From: Opitutales bacterium
Lineage (GTDB): Bacteria > Verrucomicrobiota > Verrucomicrobiia > Opitutales > JAFGAQ01
DNA length: 53,984 nt
NCBI GenBank assembly: GCA_022361075.1
Contig: JAKSBQ010000079.1
Span: forward strand, 1-53,984
Direction: 5' to 3'
Below the pieces are notes generated by a model, which saw nothing but the letters and a program-made list of their open reading frames with translations, was not told the DNA's origin and did not search any database. The translations under genes and the position numbers were made by a program. Of the stretch, positions 9,698 to 18,828 are shown one piece after another; the stretch's first letter is position 1; each line of letters begins with the position of its first letter.

Positions 9698-10468
9698 ATG
9701 AGTTACCCCGCAGCATTTTCTCTGAAAGACAAAACAGCCCTGGTTACAGGCTGTAAACGCGGTATCGGGTTTGCTATGGCAGACGCGCTGGCTGAAGCAG
9801 GAGCCGATATCATAGGTGTTTCAGCGACCCTGAAGGCGAATGACAGTGAGATTGAGAAAAAAGTGCAGGAAAGGGGTCGTAAATTTGCGAGCTATAGCTG
9901 CGATTTTTCAGATATCGAATCGGTCAAGCAATTTGCGGCGGCGGTTCTCGAAGACCATGGAACCCCGGACATTCTTGTGAACAATGCTGGAACCATCCTG
10001 CGAAGTCCGGCGGCAGAGCACTCCGACGAATATTGGAATAAAGTGATCGACGTGAACCTGAACGCGCAGTTTGTGCTGTCTAGAGATATCGGCGGAAAAA
10101 TGGTGGAACGGGGCTCAGGAAAGATCATCTTTATCGCCTCACTTCTAACTTTTCAGGGTGGTATTACTGTTCCCGGATACGCTGCGAGCAAAGGAGCTAT
10201 TGGGCAGTTGACTAAGGCACTTGCGAACGAGTGGGCATCAAAAGGTGTCAACGTTAACGCCATTGCGCCAGGATACATCTCAACTGACAACACAGAGGCC
10301 CTGCGAAATGATCCCGTCCGCCGTGAGCAGATCCTGACTCGTATTCCCGCAGGCCGTTGGGGTGAGATCGAGGATTTTAAAGGCCCAATTGTTTTTTTGG
10401 CTAGCCAAGCGTCCAATTATGTTCACGGAGAAATTCTCACTGTGGATGGCGGATGGATGGGGCGCTGA
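9698..10468 (+). CDS. kduD: 2-dehydro-3-deoxy-D-gluconate 5-dehydrogenase (SDR)
   Basis: TGCKRGIG, LVNNAG, FQGGITVPGYAASKG, VDGGWMGR; follows kduI. Confidence 0.93.
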   Translation: MSYPAAFSLKDKTALVTGCKRGIGFAMADALAEAGADIIGVSATLKANDSEIEKKVQERGRKFASYSCDFSDIESVKQFAAAVLEDHGTPDILVNNAGTILRSPAAEHSDEYWNKVIDVNLNAQFVLSRDIGGKMVERGSGKIIFIASLLTFQGGITVPGYAASKGAIGQLTKALANEWASKGVNVNAIAPGYISTDNTEALRNDPVRREQILTRIPAGRWGEIEDFKGPIVFLASQASNYVHGEILTVDGGWMGR

Positions 10469-10490
10469 CAAAATCAATACCCCCTTAAAA

Positions 10491-10589
10491 ATGTTACCCT
10501 ACGGCAAATCTCAGTTCATATTAGGCTTCCTGGCAGGCATTATCCTGACATCGATTCTGTTCACAGGAATCTCAAGACATTATAAATGA
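10491..10589 (+). CDS. Possible 32-aa single-helix membrane peptide
   Basis: MLPYGKSQFILGFLAGIILTSILFTGISRHYK fills the kduD-cca gap; one hydrophobic helix with a basic tail. Confidence 0.35.
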   Translation: MLPYGKSQFILGFLAGIILTSILFTGISRHYK

Positions 10590-10612
10590 AGCGAAAGAGT
10601 GTAGCTCCGGAG

Positions 10613-12013
10613 TCAGTTATCGTCGAGCAGAGAGGATTTTTGGGTTGTTTTGCAATTTTCATGCAGGTAGGCGATGCCCTCTTCGCGGGTGTGGAATTTA
10701 CCGTCTAGTTGAGCCTCGAAAAGTTGTTTCAGAAGATCCCCCATCTTTTTACCTGGTTCAAATCCAAGCTCGATCAAGTCTCTGCCAAAGAGGATGGGTT
10801 TCGGCTTTTTGTCGGAAAGTTGCAGAGTTTCCATCTTCTCGATTAGCCATTCGACTTCCGGAGAGGGAAGTGGCTCCCATGGGTCCTGACGACCCTCGCG
10901 ATCCGCGCGACAGACTCTCATGAGCCTATCTAACCTGCCAACACGTATCGCCAGCCTGCGAACAGCGGCATCGCCGGCCTTGTTTTTCTGAAGAGCAAGC
11001 GGTGCCATGTGTTCTTTGACCAGTGGCGGAATGGCTTCCAGCAATTTGCGTTCATCTGTGAGTCTGTTGAGAAAAGAAACGGTAGGAGCGATCCCTTCTA
11101 CATCATGCCTAGGTGAGCGAATTCGACCATCTACATGAATGGTGGTTGTGGGTTTGCCCAGGTCATGGCACAGAACTGCGAGTCCAATAATTAGATCTTC
11201 TTTCGAATCACCGGATCGGCGATTTGCAAAGGCATTCATGGACAATAATGTATGCTGCCAGACATCACCTTCTGGATGCCACTTAGCGTCTTGCTCGCAA
11301 CCGATTAAGGCTTCGAGCTCTGGAAACATGCTTATCCAGCGACAATCCGCTAAAAACTGCAGTCCTGCGCGTATGTTTTTGCCCTTAAGAATGAGTTTTT
11401 TGAATTCTTCAAAAATGCGTTCTTTGGGCAGATGCCCTTGATTCATCGATCTGCAGATCTCAAGAGTCTCAGGTGCACAGGTAAGATCGAAGCGTGAGAT
11501 GAACTGCATGGCGCGCAGGACTCGCAAAGGATCTTCGACAAACTGCTTGGAGCTGTGGCGTAGGATACCCTTTTTAAGATCTTCTTCACCAGATAAGGGA
11601 TCTTCGATTTTGAGTGTGTTTAGGTTGAGGTAAATGGAGTTGATTGTGAAATCTCTTCGTGAGGCGGCCTGCTCAAGGCTTAATCTCGGGGCGAGCGTCA
11701 CCTCGAAGTCGGTATGTTTCCCCCCGATTGCTCTTTCCGTTCTTGGCAATGAAACGTCGATAGGTAGTCCCTTGAGTTTAAAGACACCGAACGTTTTTCC
11801 CACGAAGTCTACACGAAACTTTTTACGAAGTTGTTGATCCAGCAATTCGTGTTCGACTCCAAACACCTCGATATCCAGATCGTCGGGAGTCTGCCCGAGA
11901 AGAAGATCCCTAACAGACCCTCCAACGAGGTAAGGGGTACCGCTGATGTCCCGAATACATTCTACGAAACCCTTTAAAAAAGGATATTCCACGAATAAAT
12001 TGGGACATTGCAT
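10613..12013 (-). CDS. cca: CCA tRNA nucleotidyltransferase / poly(A) polymerase family with HD domain
   Basis: VGGSVRD..DDLDIE, RRDFTIN, EDPLRVLR, HPEGDVWQH, HDLGKP. Confidence 0.88.
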   Translation of the reverse strand: MQCPNLFVEYPFLKGFVECIRDISGTPYLVGGSVRDLLLGQTPDDLDIEVFGVEHELLDQQLRKKFRVDFVGKTFGVFKLKGLPIDVSLPRTERAIGGKHTDFEVTLAPRLSLEQAASRRDFTINSIYLNLNTLKIEDPLSGEEDLKKGILRHSSKQFVEDPLRVLRAMQFISRFDLTCAPETLEICRSMNQGHLPKERIFEEFKKLILKGKNIRAGLQFLADCRWISMFPELEALIGCEQDAKWHPEGDVWQHTLLSMNAFANRRSGDSKEDLIIGLAVLCHDLGKPTTTIHVDGRIRSPRHDVEGIAPTVSFLNRLTDERKLLEAIPPLVKEHMAPLALQKNKAGDAAVRRLAIRVGRLDRLMRVCRADREGRQDPWEPLPSPEVEWLIEKMETLQLSDKKPKPILFGRDLIELGFEPGKKMGDLLKQLFEAQLDGKFHTREEGIAYLHENCKTTQKSSLLDDN

Positions 12014-12065
12014 ACAAGACTACTACAGGATGGACGATAATATACAACAGTCGAAAAATCGGTAC

Positions 12066-12178
12066 ACTAAAAAGGGAGTTCTTCGAACTCCCTTCTTAAA
12101 TGCTTTCTGAGATTGGTCTCCTGAAAGCTAATAACCCCAAAACTACACAGTAAATTTAACTACATTATTGACTGTAAT
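12066..12178 (-). ncRNA. Candidate small RNA of about 110 nt
   Basis: ECF-like promoter upstream, internal hairpins, an intrinsic terminator, and no sizeable ORF. Confidence 0.45.
12067..12094 (-). terminator. Intrinsic terminator
   Basis: Stem AAGGGAGTTC-GAA-GAACTCCCTT running into a U tract on the minus strand. Confidence 0.75.
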
Positions 12179-12180
12179 AA

Positions 12181-12209
12181 GATAGACGGCGGTTTTCGGG
12201 TTTTGTTCA
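12181..12209 (-). promoter_or_regulatory. ECF sigma-type promoter
   Basis: Minus strand TGAAC-N17-GTCTA (tgaac aaaacccgaaaaccgcc gtctatc). Confidence 0.5.
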
Positions 12210-12266
12210 TTAATTTGAGAATTATTTTGACGCATTTTATAAATCCTTTACTTAAAATCCCTAACT

Positions 12267-13220
12267 TCAGGAATTTTTTACCAAATTTAGTAGCTCTGCA
12301 GCGACTCCATGCCTCAGTCCGTTAAGAGAATGAGTGTAGGAAGCTTTTTTATGAACATCGAGAATTTCCATTAGAATTAAGAGTGCTACAGGCATCACAT
12401 CGGCTCGATTTTGAGGAAGAAAAGGATTTTCCAAGCGCTCTTCCCAGTTCGAAGAATCGATCTGCTCAAAAACAGACTCAAGCATTTCTCGAGTAATGAT
12501 GGATGGGGTGTCGGGAACCTCGTTGAACGAGCATCGATAAAACATGGATCTTAGCAAAGTGGAGGCTCCACCGGTGATCACCAGGTCCAAATCGTTTTCA
12601 GTTTCAATGCCTGCTTGATTGAATTGGGAAATGACTGCGTGTTCGATTTTTGACTTCTCCTCTGTTGTAATCGATTGGTGAGGGTTCTTCACGAATCGCT
12701 GATTCAATCGAACCGAACCCAGCGGCATGCTCTCAGCCTTGAGAATTTTGTCCACCGAAATGTGATTATACTCGAGGCTACCACCCCCTAGATCAAAATG
12801 AATGAAAGAAGAGTTTCGTGGGATTTGCGAATCGAGGCTCAAAGCTCTTCCTACTGATATTGCCTCTTCTGTTCCGGACAGGACTACAACGGGATGCCCG
12901 GAGAGGGTTTGAGTCCGATCTAGAAAAGCTTTTTGGTTCTTCGCATCACGGACTGCACTGGTTGCGACTATTCGGATTTGAGAAGGTTTGAATTCTTTAG
13001 CGATCTCCAGAAGATTCTGAATCGCTAAGCATGCGTTTTGAATGGCCTCATCAGTCAACAATCTTTCCGCATCATTCATACCTTTTGAGATCCTGCATTC
13101 CTCGATTGAGGTTTTAAGAGATGTCAATTTGTCACCGTTGGCCTCCGCGACAAGAAGTTTAATCGTGTTGCTCCCTACATCGATTACAGCAACTCGATTC
13201 GGGGTGGTATCTATGCTCAT
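12267..13220 (-). CDS. ppx: Ppx/GppA exopolyphosphatase family
   Basis: VIDVGSNTIKL, ATSAVRDAKN, DLGGGSLE, PLGSVRL, RADVM, GLRHG. Confidence 0.93.
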   Translation of the reverse strand: MSIDTTPNRVAVIDVGSNTIKLLVAEANGDKLTSLKTSIEECRISKGMNDAERLLTDEAIQNACLAIQNLLEIAKEFKPSQIRIVATSAVRDAKNQKAFLDRTQTLSGHPVVVLSGTEEAISVGRALSLDSQIPRNSSFIHFDLGGGSLEYNHISVDKILKAESMPLGSVRLNQRFVKNPHQSITTEEKSKIEHAVISQFNQAGIETENDLDLVITGGASTLLRSMFYRCSFNEVPDTPSIITREMLESVFEQIDSSNWEERLENPFLPQNRADVMPVALLILMEILDVHKKASYTHSLNGLRHGVAAELLNLVKNS

Positions 13221-13924
13221 AGTTCGAACGAGTCGGCTGCCACCATTACGACAAATTCGCCTTTTAAACTTCTTCGAAGAACGTCGTCCTTCAATTTGCC
13301 AAGTCGATCGGTATGAATGCGTTCGTGGAGTTTGGTTAGCTCCTTCGCGACGGACACGTAGCGCTCAGAACCGTAAACCAATTCCATGTCTTTGAGACAT
13401 TTCTCAATTCGATGAGTGGATTCGTAGAAGACTAGTGTGTGGGGAAAGTCTGAGTATTCAGTGAAGATTCTTTGGCGAGCCGCCTTTTTGGGTGGAAGGA
13501 AACCAATAAACAGAAACGAATCGGTCGGGAGTCCGGAAGCCGAAAGGGCCGTTATAAAAGCGCACGGACCGGGGATGGGAGTCACGGGAATACCGTGTTT
13601 TTGACACAGGCGGGTGATTCGGAAACCGGGATCTGAAATAGTCGGAACTCCTGCGTCCGAAACCAGAGTGATGGTTTTGCCGGACTGAAGCTGAGACAGC
13701 AGTTGTTCAGCCACTTCACGTTCGTTCGCATCCCGGTAGCTGATCATGGGCCGTTCGATCTGGAGATGGTTCAGAAGCTTGCCCGTCACCCGCGTGTCCT
13801 CGCAGGCGACCAAATCACAACTCCTGAATGCTTCGGCTGCTCGCTCTGAGAGATCTCCCAGATTTCCGATAGGTGTTCCTACGATCTGGAGTTTACTCGC
13901 AGAACTGTCTGATGAATTTCCCAA
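13217..13924 (-). CDS. rsmI: 16S rRNA C1402 2'-O-methyltransferase
   Basis: GTPIGNLGD, ACEDTR, VSDAGVPTISDPG, FYESTHR, KELTKLHE, KGEFVV. Confidence 0.96.
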   Translation of the reverse strand: MGNSSDSSASKLQIVGTPIGNLGDLSERAAEAFRSCDLVACEDTRVTGKLLNHLQIERPMISYRDANEREVAEQLLSQLQSGKTITLVSDAGVPTISDPGFRITRLCQKHGIPVTPIPGPCAFITALSASGLPTDSFLFIGFLPPKKAARQRIFTEYSDFPHTLVFYESTHRIEKCLKDMELVYGSERYVSVAKELTKLHERIHTDRLGKLKDDVLRRSLKGEFVVMVAADSFEL

Positions 13925-13966
13925 AGTCCAAGCCTTCTGGAAATGGTTACCGACAGAATTATCGGT

Positions 13967-14119
13967 TTATTGGAATCCAGGAACTTGATTTTCCCAGCTC
14001 GCGGGACGACTCCATGGAATGGAGGATTGGTCTGCGGCTTTGTTGAGACAACCCGTGAGGCTTAAGCCAAGAATGGCGAGAAGTGTAGCTAGGATCAGTT
14101 TGTTGAAACGATTTTTCAT
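13967..14119 (-). CDS. 50-aa lipoprotein (not in the ORF track)
   Basis: MKNRFNKLILATLLAILGLSLTGC-LNKAADQSSIPWSRPASWENQVPGFQ; lipobox LTGC; ATG overlaps the upstream stop (ATGA). Confidence 0.8.
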   Translation of the reverse strand: MKNRFNKLILATLLAILGLSLTGCLNKAADQSSIPWSRPASWENQVPGFQ

Positions 14120-14898
14120 GATGAAAACTTGTAAGATATGGTGGTTCCGGATCTCAAAACTTCAGGACGTCCTTCGTTTGAAAGTATGTAGACGACGCAT
14201 TTGTCAGAAGTTACCTGGGTAACCCTGACTTTAGCAACGATATTTCCCGACTGGATCAGGTCAATTTTTAGATTTTCTTTCATTCCCTGTTTGGCTCCTG
14301 AGTTTAAGACTAAGAGTTTATTTTCCCAATTAGAGGCTTCAATTAGGGTATTGTTCACCGTTTTTGAGGTCAGCGGGGAATCCACCTGAGCATTTTCGAA
14401 GAGTGATTGAATCACAAACTCGGTGTCCGCAAGCTGGGTTTCAAGCTCCTGAATTCTGTTTCTCTGTCTTGCGATTCTTGATTGGAAAATTTCGGAAGTC
14501 TTCTGCGGATCAAAGACTGAAGTTTTGAGATCGATGTTTTCTCTGCGGAGCTTGTTATTTTCGTTAGAGATTGTGAGTTTGAGAGATTCGAGTTCTTCAA
14601 TCTTACGTTGGGAATTGTTGAGTTCTCTTCTGACTATTTTGACTTCTTGTCCTCTCAGTCGTTGATCTCTTTTTAGAGTAGCGAGTTCGATGGCGGTGGA
14701 GTCTAATTCGGATTTGATGCGCTCGTAGTTTGCAACCTTCTCTGCGATTTCGGTTGTTTGCTGGTCGATGAGTGACTGCTTGGCTTCTAACTCGTGAGTG
14801 AGTTTTTTAAGCTGATTGCCTCCGCGAAAGTAAAACACGACAGCGATCGTGGCGGCAAATACAGAGGAGATGCGAAGGAGAAGTGACAGAGTAGACAT
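14116..14898 (-). CDS. Membrane-anchored coiled-coil protein with a C-terminal beta domain
   Basis: N-terminal TM helix, long heptad region, C-terminal LVLNSGAKQGMK..IAKVRVTQV-like motif; start assumed at ATG 14898. Confidence 0.7.
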   Translation of the reverse strand: MSTLSLLLRISSVFAATIAVVFYFRGGNQLKKLTHELEAKQSLIDQQTTEIAEKVANYERIKSELDSTAIELATLKRDQRLRGQEVKIVRRELNNSQRKIEELESLKLTISNENNKLRRENIDLKTSVFDPQKTSEIFQSRIARQRNRIQELETQLADTEFVIQSLFENAQVDSPLTSKTVNNTLIEASNWENKLLVLNSGAKQGMKENLKIDLIQSGNIVAKVRVTQVTSDKCVVYILSNEGRPEVLRSGTTISYKFSS

Positions 14899-14993
14899 GG
14901 GGAGGATGAGAGGATTCTTTAACTGCGTACGCGAGACGAGCCCAACTGTCAACTCTGGGCTCGTTCGCCAATGAGGAAGATTCGTGATAAAAT

Positions 14994-16577
14994 CTAGCCT
15001 TTGTAAATGACCTTCGCCTGAGAGGGGCTATTCAAGTTCTCAGAGGAGTAAGTGATGGTGTCGTTACTTACGGCCGCGACAACGATCTTGTAAATCAGTT
15101 CAGCTTGTTCGGGTTTACTCAACCCTTTCGCGATTTCGTCTATGTTGAGAAGTTTGCCGGAGTTTGATCTCAGAAATTCGCGAACCTCTGTTTTTAAATC
15201 CAGAATTCCTGCTGCGGCCTTCTTTCCAGCCTCGACACCAGGTTGGTGATAGGCATTGATGTTGATGAGTGTTGCGTAGAGCCCAACTGTGCGCTCGAAC
15301 AGGGCGATCAAAGCTCCGACTGTCTCAGCTGAGACTTCCTGTACCGTGATGCTGATGGATTGGCGACCCTTCTCGTAAAGTGCGTCGCGTGTGCCCAGGT
15401 AAAACCCTTGGAGATAATCTCCCGAAGTGATTCCTGGCTCAACTTCGATGGAGTCGCCGGTCCTCTCGCCGAGTACTTCGATGAAGATTGCGAAAAAGTT
15501 TAGGAGACCTTCACGCAACTGCTGAACGTAAGCGTGTTGGTCGGTTGAGCCCTTGTTTCCGTAGACAGCGATGCCCTGATTCACCACGTTTCCGTCAAGA
15601 TCAAGCTCCTTGCCCAGGGATTCCATGATCAACTGCTGCAAGTATTTGGAAAACAGCTCAAGGCGATCTTTGTAGGGGAGCACCACCATGTCTTTTGACC
15701 CTTTGCCTTCTGTGAGGAAATACCACATCAGCGCAAGCAGCGCCGCAGGATTTTTTGTAGTTTCAGCAATACGGGTTAGCGCATCCATCTGTTTGGCTCC
15801 CTTAAGCATGCCTTTGAAATCCAGCCCCTGGAGAGCCGCCGGAAGTAAACCGACGGCGGCGGTTTCGCTCGTGCGTCCACCCACCCAGTCCCACATGGGA
15901 AGCCTTGCCAGCCAGCCTTCGGATTCTGCAACCTGATCGAGTTTACTTCCTTCGCCAGTAACCGCGATTGCGTGTTTTGCAAAATCCAAACCTGCGGCAT
16001 GATAAGCATTTTGCGCTTCGAGCATACCGTTGCGAGTTTCGGGCGTACCACCTGATTTCGAAATGACGACTGAAAGCGTTTGTCCGAGCCCGTCTCCGAT
16101 TTGTTTGAGGGTAAGATCGATGCCGTCCGGATCGGTGTTATCAAAATAGTAAGCGGTGAGCACATCGGCCTCCGGATTACTCAAAGCGCGACCCACAAAT
16201 TGAGGCCCAAGAGCGGAGCCACCGATACCGATAACCAGCAGATTTTTAAATTTCCCTCCTGCTCCAATAATCTCACCGGAATGGACCTTGGCAGAGATCG
16301 ACTCAATTTGTTTAAGTGTTTCTTGGATCGTTGAAGTGATTTCGGATTGTGGAGCCAATTCAGGCGTCCGTAACCAATAGTGCCCCACCATGCGATTCTC
16401 ATCTGGATTAGCAATTGCCCCAGATTCCAGCTTTTGCATTTCTTCAAAAGCTTTATTGATCTGTGGAGCCATCTCCTGGAAGTAACTCTCAGGATAATTG
16501 ACTCGACTCAGATCGAGACTGAACTTCGGGTTTTCAAAGGAAAAGAACCGTTGGCAGAATGTGTTCCAGTTATTCAT
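14994..16577 (-). CDS. pgi: Glucose-6-phosphate isomerase
   Basis: [48 protein letters not shown]. Confidence 0.97.
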   Translation of the reverse strand: MNNWNTFCQRFFSFENPKFSLDLSRVNYPESYFQEMAPQINKAFEEMQKLESGAIANPDENRMVGHYWLRTPELAPQSEITSTIQETLKQIESISAKVHSGEIIGAGGKFKNLLVIGIGGSALGPQFVGRALSNPEADVLTAYYFDNTDPDGIDLTLKQIGDGLGQTLSVVISKSGGTPETRNGMLEAQNAYHAAGLDFAKHAIAVTGEGSKLDQVAESEGWLARLPMWDWVGGRTSETAAVGLLPAALQGLDFKGMLKGAKQMDALTRIAETTKNPAALLALMWYFLTEGKGSKDMVVLPYKDRLELFSKYLQQLIMESLGKELDLDGNVVNQGIAVYGNKGSTDQHAYVQQLREGLLNFFAIFIEVLGERTGDSIEVEPGITSGDYLQGFYLGTRDALYEKGRQSISITVQEVSAETVGALIALFERTVGLYATLININAYHQPGVEAGKKAAAGILDLKTEVREFLRSNSGKLLNIDEIAKGLSKPEQAELIYKIVVAAVSNDTITYSSENLNSPSQAKVIYKG

Positions 16578-16791
16578 GTAATGCAGTCGGATTTAAAAAA
16601 TTTGGATCAGAAGGATGGTCATAACCTTTTTTGGTGATCGAAGAAAAGCATTTTCAGGGTCTCTCCTGTTTCCTGATTGATATTTTACAGGAGCCTATTG
16701 CGATGGGATGAGTGTTGTTTAAATTCGCTTGGCAAGTGGTTGTTTGAGCCATTATATGAAACGCTTTGTGCATAGTTGAGCCCTGTATTAA

Positions 16792-17481
16792 ATGGATTTC
16801 GATCTCAGTAGGTGGCTAAAAGCCATTTTGTTTTCTACTTCTGATCCACTGGATGTGAAACAGATTCAGGAAGTGTACAACCGCGTACGCGAACAGTTTG
16901 TGGGACGGAATGACGAAGATGCGGGCGAAGAGGATGGCAGTTTGCCGGATAATCCTTCTTATTCCAGTTACCCGGTTCTTCTCACCTCCACTTCGATTCG
17001 TGAGGCAATGAATGATTTGACTCGTGAGCTAGAGCAAACCAATGAAGTTTATCGAGTGCTCCTGACGAAGGAAGGTTACCGACTTTGCATTGCTCCTGAG
17101 TATGGTGACTGGATTCGTGCCCTTAGAGGTGAAACCAAACCTCTCAAGCTGAGCCAGGCAGCCCTCGAGACACTCGCGATCGTGGCTTATCGGCAGCCTG
17201 TCACTCGTTCGGAAATGGAGCGGATTCGGGGTGTTGCCGTCGACAGTGCGCTGAGTCGGCTAATTGAACTTGAACTTGTCGTTGCAAGGGGGCGGGCGGA
17301 GTTACCCGGACGTCCGTTGCAGTACGGAACGACGCCCAAATTCATGGACTTTTGTGGACTCGAATCCCTTTCTGATCTGCCCACTTCAGACATCGTTTCT
17401 TCAGATCGATTGGACGAGTGGGTCAATCGACCCTTGGCTGAAACGGATGACGGGCAGGAGTCCCTGGATCTTAAAGTTTAG
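16792..17481 (+). CDS. scpB: SMC-Scp complex subunit ScpB
   Basis: LSQAALETLAIVAYRQPVTRSE..IRGV, GRAELPGRPLQYGTT. Confidence 0.95.
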   Translation: MDFDLSRWLKAILFSTSDPLDVKQIQEVYNRVREQFVGRNDEDAGEEDGSLPDNPSYSSYPVLLTSTSIREAMNDLTRELEQTNEVYRVLLTKEGYRLCIAPEYGDWIRALRGETKPLKLSQAALETLAIVAYRQPVTRSEMERIRGVAVDSALSRLIELELVVARGRAELPGRPLQYGTTPKFMDFCGLESLSDLPTSDIVSSDRLDEWVNRPLAETDDGQESLDLKV

Positions 17482-17492
17482 ATTTATTGAGC

Positions 17493-18563
17493 ATGAACGA
17501 AGAACTCGAAGCGTTGAGGAAGGAAATCGACAAGTGTGATCAGCAAATCGTTGAGACACTAAACAAACGCTCGCAAGTAGCCTGTCAAATTGGCCGAATT
17601 AAGGCAGAAGTGGGGGGTGCGATCTATGATCCCTCCCGGGAGGAAAAAGTTTTTGGTAAAATTGAGGAGCTTAGTGGTGGTCCGTTAAAGCCTGACTCCC
17701 TTCGTGCCATTTATCGGGAGATTATTTCCGCTGCAAAATCTTTGGAAGGTCCTGCGAAAATCGCTTATCTCGGACCGGAAGCGTCCTACACCAATCAGGC
17801 GGCATTGGGTTGTTTTGGGTCCTCGATGGATTATCAAGCTGTGTCATCTATTCCTGAGATTTTCACTTTGGTAGAGAAGGGTGACGCGGACTACGGGGTG
17901 GTTCCTATCGAAAATTCGACGGACGGCATCGTTCGCCATTCGCTGGACATGTTGGTGAACACCCACCTTTACATTGTGAATCAGAATTATCTGACGATCG
18001 AGCATTGCCTGATTTCGAACTCACCACTTGAGGAAATTGAAATGGTTTGTTCAAAAGATCAGGCGCTCGGGCAATGCAGGGATTGGCTGTTACGTCACCT
18101 GCCCGGTGTTGATCAGAAGGAGGTGGCTAGTACTTCGCTCGCCGTGACGATGGCGAAGAAGGATAAGGGGGTCGCTGCTATTGCGAGCTCACTCGCTTCG
18201 GAGCTTTACGAAGTACCGATCGTCCAGCGCAATGTCCAGGATCGCACTGACAACATCACTCGTTTTCTTGTGATTGGAAAGGAACCGACTAAACCTCTCG
18301 GAGACGATCAGGATCGCACAAGTATCGTGGTTTCGCTAAAAGATGAAGTTGGAGCTCTACAAAATGCTCTGAATATCTTTTCGTCTCACAAAATAAACCT
18401 CTGTAAGATCGAATCCCGACCCACTCGTCAGAAAAGCTGGGATTACTTTTTCTTCATTGACTTCATTGGACACTATGAGGACGCTTCCGTCCAGCGGGTG
18501 ATGGATGAACTGCGAAGCAAGTCTTCGTTTGTAAAGTGGTTGGGAAGTTATCCGATGGTCTGA
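17493..18563 (+). CDS. pheA: Chorismate mutase / prephenate dehydratase (P-protein)
   Basis: N-terminal CM domain, YLGPEASY, VVPIENS, QALGQC, NITRF, KIESRP, LGSYP. Confidence 0.96.
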   Translation: MNEELEALRKEIDKCDQQIVETLNKRSQVACQIGRIKAEVGGAIYDPSREEKVFGKIEELSGGPLKPDSLRAIYREIISAAKSLEGPAKIAYLGPEASYTNQAALGCFGSSMDYQAVSSIPEIFTLVEKGDADYGVVPIENSTDGIVRHSLDMLVNTHLYIVNQNYLTIEHCLISNSPLEEIEMVCSKDQALGQCRDWLLRHLPGVDQKEVASTSLAVTMAKKDKGVAAIASSLASELYEVPIVQRNVQDRTDNITRFLVIGKEPTKPLGDDQDRTSIVVSLKDEVGALQNALNIFSSHKINLCKIESRPTRQKSWDYFFFIDFIGHYEDASVQRVMDELRSKSSFVKWLGSYPMV

Positions 18564-18685
18564 ACGACAGTAGCATAGCGAGCTATGCCGGAATAAGTCC
18601 AATTCCTTGAAAGCAGAGATTGGATGCAAACTGGTGTATCAGAATGCAAATAGAAAAGAACGTATTACATGAATAATTGGACAAG

Positions 18686-18751
18686 GAATTTGGAATCTGG
18701 AATTCAGAATTTTCAGACTATGCTCAGTTCTAGATTCAATATTCCAAATTC
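18686..18751. repeat. Heptamer tandem repeats arranged as an imperfect inverted repeat
   Basis: GAATTTG GAATCTG GAATTCA GAATTTT ... ATTCCAAATTC; the outer 11 bp are a perfect inverted repeat. Confidence 0.6.
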
Positions 18752-18828
18752 AATCCACAAAGAGTATTTCATAGATTGGCGATCAAGTTCCAATAAGTAG
18801 CTTTCTAGCAAATCTAGTCTCATACACC

